Of a stretch of DNA of 64,000 nt, positions 59,047 to 64,000 are shown piece after piece. Below the pieces are notes generated by a model that ran no database searches, had not been told where the DNA came from, and saw nothing but the letters and a program-made list of their open reading frames with translations. How positions within the stretch are numbered: position 1 is the first letter of the stretch; every line of letters begins with the position of its first letter. Location of the stretch: positions 896,001 to 960,000 of the forward strand of contig CAVYGB010000008.1 of NCBI GenBank assembly GCA_963767925.1. The letters run 5' to 3'. The position numbers and the translations under genes are program-made. The stretch is from an uncultured delta proteobacterium (GTDB lineage Bacteria; Myxococcota_A; Polyangia; Fen-1088).

Positions 59047-60185
59047 CGGCGGGGAGCCGGGCGGGCCTCAAGTGTCCGTGCACAGGCGTCGATGTATGCC
59101 CCGTGGGCGGGGTGCTTTCGGCGGGGCGCGGGCGGGGGCATCTCCTCGGCCTGCTCCTGCTGGTGGCCTGCGGAGGTGAGCCGATCGATCCGGCCCGAGA
59201 TGGCGGGATCGGCGCCGATGCCCCGGGCGGGGGTGGGGCGCCGGGAGGGGGGCTGTTCCCGGCCAGCGCGCCCTGGTACCGGGACATCCGGCAGGCGCCC
59301 CTCGATCGCGAGTCGGCCCAGATTGTCGCTGGCCTGCAGGCCCGGGGAGGCTTCGGGACCGGGAGCGTGCGCATCGACTTCTCGATCGAGGTGTTGCGGG
59401 CCGAGCCGGGGCTCGCCGGCCGCACCTTCCAGCCCAGCGACGACTTCTTCGAGCCGGACTGCGACCACCTGCCGGTGCCGCTGCCGCCCGGCGGCCGGCT
59501 GGAAGGCGAACGCAGCTACGCCTGCGCGGACGACGGGGACTGCCACCTCATCGTCGTGCAGGGCAGCCGGCTGTTCGAGATGTGGCGGGCCGACGTCAGC
59601 GGCGGGCAGGCCAGCGGCGGCACCTTCGCCGGGGGCTGCCTGGCGGTCTGGGATCTGGGCCGGGACTACTGGCAGGCCGACGCCACCAGCGCTGCGTTCG
59701 GGCGGGGGGACCAGTGCACGAGCGCCGATGCCGCCGGCTACCCCATCGCCGACCTGCTGTTCGACGCCGACGAGGTGAAGGCGGGCGAGATCCGGCACGC
59801 CATCCGCTTCATCTTGCCCAACGATCGCATCCGCAAGGGTGAGTTCGTCCGCCCGGCCACCCACTCGGGCGCCGGGCGCGGCACGCCCAGCAGCGACACC
59901 GTCCCCTATGGCGCCCGCTTCCGGCTCAAGGCCGGCTTCGACCTGGCCCGCCTGCCCAGCGAAGGCGCGCGGGTGGTGGCCCGGGCGCTCCAGCGCTACG
60001 GGATGTTCCTCGCCGATGGCGGCAACATCGCCCTCACCGGCCGCTCCGACAGCGGGACCAGCGCCAAGTGGAGCGGCCTGCTCGGCACGCGTGACCTGGC
60101 CGCGCTGGCGGTGAGCGACTTCGAGGTGGTGGACGGCGGCCCGCGCATCCCGCTGACCCTCGACTGCCGGCGCACCCCGCTCTGA
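59043..60185 (+). CDS. Secreted lipoprotein of unknown function (start uncertain)
   Basis: Lipobox LVAC; DGDCHL, LFEMW, SADAAG.P, IRHAIRF, PATH, PYGARFRLK, ALQRYGM.LADGG. Confidence 0.7.
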   Translation: MTAGSRAGLKCPCTGVDVCPVGGVLSAGRGRGHLLGLLLLVACGGEPIDPARDGGIGADAPGGGGAPGGGLFPASAPWYRDIRQAPLDRESAQIVAGLQARGGFGTGSVRIDFSIEVLRAEPGLAGRTFQPSDDFFEPDCDHLPVPLPPGGRLEGERSYACADDGDCHLIVVQGSRLFEMWRADVSGGQASGGTFAGGCLAVWDLGRDYWQADATSAAFGRGDQCTSADAAGYPIADLLFDADEVKAGEIRHAIRFILPNDRIRKGEFVRPATHSGAGRGTPSSDTVPYGARFRLKAGFDLARLPSEGARVVARALQRYGMFLADGGNIALTGRSDSGTSAKWSGLLGTRDLAALAVSDFEVVDGGPRIPLTLDCRRTPL

Positions 60186-60243
60186 CCCCTGGAGCCCGGT
60201 CGGACAGCCGTCTCGCGGAGGTGGACACCTGTCCGCCGTCGAT

Positions 60244-60273
60244 CCGGACATTCCCGGACGTTCCCGGACGTTC
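60244..60273 (+). repeat. Three tandem 10-bp repeats CCGGAC(A/G)TTC
   Basis: ccggacattc ccggacgttc ccggacgttc in the intergenic region. Confidence 0.85.
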
Positions 60274-60308
60274 GCCTCTGGTCGCGGCGGACCGGCGGGG
60301 GAACCGCG

Positions 60309-60324
60309 TGGCACGCCTCTTGAT
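60309..60324 (+). promoter_or_regulatory. Putative sigma54 promoter
   Basis: TGGCACG-CCTC-TTGAT: perfect -24 element, -12 reads GA instead of GC; ~48 nt before ATG 60372. Confidence 0.45.
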
Positions 60325-60371
60325 GAGGAGCGGGCCAGGTCCCGATCACCTCTCACCGAAAGCAAGCCACC

Positions 60372-61762
60372 ATGACAAACCTCCCCACGCGCCTGCTGGT
60401 CTCCTCGGCCCTCCTCCTCGCCGCGCCTCTCCTCGGCGCCGGCTGTGGCGACGATCCGTCCGCCCCCGCCCAGCCGTCCGGGTCACCCGGCGAGCCGCCC
60501 ACCTACGCGAAGGACGTGGCCCCCATCCTCGAGGCCAAGTGCACCAAGTGCCACCGCGAGGGCGGCATCGGCCCCTTCCGGCTCACCAGCTACGAGCAGG
60601 CCCGCACGATGGCCTTGCCGATGGCGGCGGCGACCCGGGCCGGCACCATGCCGCCCTATTACATCACCCACGACGGGACCTGCGGCGACTTCGACGACCA
60701 CGAGGCGCTGAGCCCCGGCGAGATCGAGACCCTCTACGCCTGGGCCACCGGCGGGCAGAAGGAGGGCACCCCGGTGGCCCTCCCCCCGGCGGCGTCGGTC
60801 ACGAGCCTTCGGGCCAACGTCGAGCTGCGCACGCCGACCATCAGCCCCGTTGCCCAGGGTGGGCCGCTCGCGATGAACGACGAATACCGCTGCTTTCCCA
60901 TGGAGAGCGGGGGCGGCGCGGATCGCTTCCTGATCGGCTACGACATCGTCCCGGGCAATCCGGCCATCGTGCACCACGTGGAGGCCTTCTTCGTGAACGC
61001 CGAGCAGCGGAACAGCGCGGGCAAGACCGGAGCGGAGGTCATGCAGGCCCTCGACGACGCCGACCCGGACCGACCGGGCTGGCCCTGCTTCAGCTCGGCG
61101 GCCGACGACCTCGGCGATCAGAACATCCCGATCATCTGGGCGCCCGGCCAGGGACCCATCGTGTTCCCGGCGGGCATGGGGTGCGGCAGCGCAAGAGCGA
61201 TCGTCTGATCGTCCAGGTGCACTACAACCTCGGCCACGCCGGCCACGGCCACGGGGTGGCGGCCGCGGGCGCCTCGGACTCGACGACCCTCCGGCTCCAG
61301 TACGCCGACTCGGTCGAGCGCCAGGCGGTGGTGATGCCGATCGACCTCTTCCTCTCGACAATCGCCCAGCCGGAGCCGGCCTCCCTCCCTCCGGGGATGC
61401 CCTCCACCCGCTTCACCGGCCGGATGACGGGCGCCGACATCGGGCTCGGCTCGGAGGTCCCTTGGGTCGAGGTCGTCAGCATGATGCCGCACATGCACGG
61501 GCGCGGGCTGGGCCAGGAGATGCGCTTCCGCCAGCCAGGCGAGCCGAGCCAGTGCACCTCGAAGCTCGAGCGCTGGAACTTCAACTGGCAGAAGGTCTAC
61601 TTCTACCAGGGCACGCGCCCGCGCATCACCGCCGGCACCGAGATCGAGGTGTCCTGTGACTACGACACCTCGCGGGACACCTCCCCCGTGTTTCCCGGCT
61701 GGGGCACCGAAAACGAGATGTGCAGCGCCATCATGATGGTCGCCTTGCCTCCCGGCCTGTGA
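60372..61762 (+). CDS. Lipoprotein: c-type heme domain fused to copper type II (PHM/DBM-like) monooxygenase; one frameshift near 61180
   Basis: Lipobox GAGC; CTKCH; IVHH; then in the shifted frame QVHYN, PHMH..G, WNFNWQ..Y, C.YD, GWGTENEMC. Confidence 0.8.
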
Positions 61763-61776
61763 GCCTCCGGGGCAGC

Positions 61777-62145
61777 TCAACCGCCCGTCGGGCGCGGACC
61801 GTCGCTGTCGCGGTTCGCGCCCACGACCATTTCGGGAGGATCGAGGTAGAGCTCCTCCGGCGGCAGCGGCATCAACACCCAGAGCGCGATGTAGACGATG
61901 AGGCCGGAGCCCCCGATGACCGTCGCCAGGATGAAGGCCAGCCGGATCAGCGTCACCGAGATGCCGAACTCCTCGGCCAGGCCGGCGCAGACCCCGGCGA
62001 TCTTCCGGCCCCGGCGGGACCGCTGCCAGGAGCGCGGGGCAGAGCCGCTCTCGAGCCGGCTGCTGCAGTAGCGGCACTTGATGGCCTCGACGCGGATCTC
62101 CTCGGCACAGTAGGGGCATCGCTTGGTCGACATGGCGTCAGACAT
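61777..62145 (-). CDS. Zinc-ribbon plus PspC-domain protein
   Basis: CPYC..CRYC; RS..GRKIAGVCAGLAE.FGI..LIRL; terminal TM helix. Confidence 0.88.
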   Translation of the reverse strand: MSDAMSTKRCPYCAEEIRVEAIKCRYCSSRLESGSAPRSWQRSRRGRKIAGVCAGLAEEFGISVTLIRLAFILATVIGGSGLIVYIALWVLMPLPPEELYLDPPEMVVGANRDSDGPRPTGG

Positions 62146-62611
62146 GGATCTCCTCCGGTAAACGCAGGCGCTGTCGGGCCGCCAGCAGCGGCACCGAGGC
62201 GCAAGCCAGGGCGAGCAGCAAGGCCAGGAACAGGGCGAGGCTGCCCACCAGGTACGACGTCAGGTAGACGGGCAGAAAGCCGCTCAGCAGGGAATGGGCG
62301 GTGCGCACGACCTGGGCGTTGGCCGCGACGACGAGAGGCAAGAGCGCCGCCATGGCCGTCAGCGCCCAGACCAGCCGACGGCGGGGCTCGCGCACCCGGG
62401 CGGCGTTTTCGGCCAGCAGGGGCGCGGCCGCCGCCAGGATCCGCTCGAGGCTGCCCGGGCGCGGATCGGCGACCGGGTAGGCCTGCAGCCGCTGGCCCAG
62501 GGCGATCGCCTGTCCGGCGCCCGCCGCGCAGCGGAGGCAGCCCGATCGGTGAATCGTCGCCCCGGGCGATCCCCCCAGCACGAGCGCGGTCTCGGCCTCT
62601 TCGCAGGTCAT
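62138..62611 (-). CDS. Zinc-binding (ZAS) membrane anti-sigma factor
   Basis: MTCEE..HRSGCLRC (HxxxCxxC) and two TM helices; ATGA overlap with the sigma gene. Confidence 0.75.
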   Translation of the reverse strand: MTCEEAETALVLGGSPGATIHRSGCLRCAAGAGQAIALGQRLQAYPVADPRPGSLERILAAAAPLLAENAARVREPRRRLVWALTAMAALLPLVVAANAQVVRTAHSLLSGFLPVYLTSYLVGSLALFLALLLALACASVPLLAARQRLRLPEEIHV

Positions 62612-63144
62612 GCGGCTTCTTCTTTCCCCAGGAGGGCCGCCAGCCGGGCGACGGCCTGGTGCAGGCGGCTCTTCACGGTGCCGCGCGGGCACTCCAGGAT
62701 GGCGGCGGTCTCCTCCTCGGAAAAGCCGTGGTAATAGCGCAGGATCATCGCGCTCCTCTGGGCCTCGGGCAGGCGCGCGACGAGTGCCCGCGCGTCGAGG
62801 GCGTCGTCGGGAGAGGGGCTGTCCGTCCCCGCGCCGAGCACGCGCTCGGCGGTCTCCGGCGCGACGGGTGGCTCGGCCGCCCGGCGGCCCTGGTCGCGGC
62901 ACAGGTTGAGCGCGATCTGGAACAGCCAGGTGGAGAACCGCCGGGAGGGGTCGAAGCGGGGCGCGGCCCGCACCACCCGGAGCCAGGTCTCCTGCCGCAG
63001 GTCCTCCAGGTTCTGCGCCGGCTGGCCCCCGGTGTGGCGGGACAGGAAGGCATGGAGGCGCCGGTCCCAGCGACCGAGCAGATCGGCCAGGGCGCGGCCG
63101 TCGCCCCTGGCCAACCGGCCGACGAGGTCCTCGTCGCTCGCCAT
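62608..63144 (-). CDS. ECF sigma factor (SigW/RpoE-like)
   Basis: EDL.QETWLRV, FSTWLFQIA.NLCRD, LP..QR, GTVKSRLH. Confidence 0.93.
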   Translation of the reverse strand: MASDEDLVGRLARGDGRALADLLGRWDRRLHAFLSRHTGGQPAQNLEDLRQETWLRVVRAAPRFDPSRRFSTWLFQIALNLCRDQGRRAAEPPVAPETAERVLGAGTDSPSPDDALDARALVARLPEAQRSAMILRYYHGFSEEETAAILECPRGTVKSRLHQAVARLAALLGKEEAA

Positions 63145-63166
63145 GCGCGGGCCATCATGGCACGGC

Positions 63167-63559
63167 CTACTGGGTCCAGGTCCCGGCGTCGCCGCCGCTG
63201 GCGGGCTTGTTGCCGAACAGCTTGCGGACCATGTCGCTCAGGCGGGTAACCGCGCGCACGAGCGGAGGCTCGTGCCCCGGCTCGCGCGGGATCACCAGCC
63301 AGAGGCCCACGTAGGCGACCGCGCCAACCAGGTGGAGCAGGGTCAGCACCACGAAGGACAGGCGGATGGGGGTCACCGGCAAGGCCAGCGACTGGGCCAG
63401 GGCCGTGCACACGCCGGCGACCTTCTTGTCCGGGTGGGCCCGGTGCCAGCGCTGCGGATCGCGCAGGTTGAGCCGGCTGCGGCAGTGCGGGCAGAGCACG
63501 GCGCGGGGGGAGATGTTCTCGGCGCAGTAGGGGCAGGGCCGGGTCTGGTCGTCGTCCAT
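63167..63559 (-). CDS. Zinc-ribbon plus PspC-domain protein
   Basis: GGAGG RBS; CPYC..CPHC; DKKVAGVC.ALA..IRL; TM helix. Confidence 0.85.
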   Translation of the reverse strand: MDDDQTRPCPYCAENISPRAVLCPHCRSRLNLRDPQRWHRAHPDKKVAGVCTALAQSLALPVTPIRLSFVVLTLLHLVGAVAYVGLWLVIPREPGHEPPLVRAVTRLSDMVRKLFGNKPASGGDAGTWTQ

Positions 63560-63585
63560 GTTGGCGTTGGCCTCCATGCCCGTAA

Positions 63586-63611
63586 TACGCAGCTCCGGCC
63601 CCCCAGGTTCA
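63586..63611 (-). promoter_or_regulatory. ECF (SigW-like) promoter
   Basis: TGAACC-N16-CGTA immediately upstream of the pspC-sigma operon. Confidence 0.7.
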
Positions 63612-63697
63612 ATCGCTCCGGAGAATCTCGAAGTTTTCTCCAAGGCCGCGAAAGGACGGGCCTTTTTTCGGGAGGCCCGACCCCTGGTCTGCGCGAT

Positions 63698-64000
63698 CTA
63701 GAAGAACCCGCGGGTGCGCCGGCGGCGGGGCTTCTTGCCCAGGAGCGCGCCGAGCAGGCCGCGGGTCACCTCCCGGGCGATGGTGCGGGCCACCGGCGAC
63801 CGGAGCGCGTCCGTCCAGGACGAGTCTTCCTGCGGCTCGGGCTCGGCACGCGGGCGCCGCGGCTCCGGGGCCTCGCCGTAGGCCTCGGTGTCGACCGGGT
63901 CGGCGGCCTCCTTCTCGGCCTGAAAGCGGCGGGACAGCAGCTCGTGGGCGCTGACCCGGTCGACCGGTGTCCGGTAGTGCCGGACCTGCTCGGTCTCGAG
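63698..64000 (-). CDS. C-terminus of a DUF853/HerA-like ATPase (partial)
   Basis: Y..PVDRVSAHELL....SPVARTIAREVTRGLLGALLG then stop; runs off the window edge. Confidence 0.7.
   Translation of the reverse strand, partial: LETEQVRHYRTPVDRVSAHELLSRRFQAEKEAADPVDTEAYGEAPEPRRPRAEPEPQEDSSWTDALRSPVARTIAREVTRGLLGALLGKKPRRRRTRGFF

Noticed and set aside
60244..60273. Tandem repeats as a CRISPR array
   Set aside because: The 10-bp units have no spacers and no cas genes are present.
63641..63668. Hairpin with GAAA and T-run as a terminator or c-di-GMP riboswitch
   Set aside because: The T-tract is on the strand opposite the flanking genes, the stem is imperfect, and the riboswitch consensus is missing.

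Overview
High-GC bacterial window. The many Cys-rich and Pro/Gly-rich lipoproteins and the fibro-slime protein suggest Myxococcota (inference). No rRNA, tRNA, CRISPR array or transposase was found. Left to right: a toxin-tip/immunity-like remnant; a decayed hybrid-kinase/poly-HAMP locus; two Fur-box-preceded TonB-dependent receptors, each beside an OmpR-family regulator (only one kinase); a di-heme DHOR protein; two complete CzcCBA-type RND operons, the second led by a CutF/CruR-like Cys-rich ORF; RecQ; a metallo-beta-lactamase-fold hydrolase; DprE1 with two DprE2-like SDRs; a TetR/oxidoreductase pair with three operators; two Thr-type sulfatase-like proteins; a CgeB-like glycosyltransferase; a heme-c/copper monooxygenase fusion; and an ECF sigma/anti-sigma pair flanked by two PspC genes, with a SigW-like promoter. 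The best candidates for undescribed systems are (1) a secreted lamin-tail lipoprotein with glucan-water-dikinase-like His plus ATP-grasp order and (2) a beta-barrel plus CE6/SGNH-esterase lipoprotein pair present twice. Some single-base frameshifts may be sequencing errors. All family calls come from motif recognition, not database searches.
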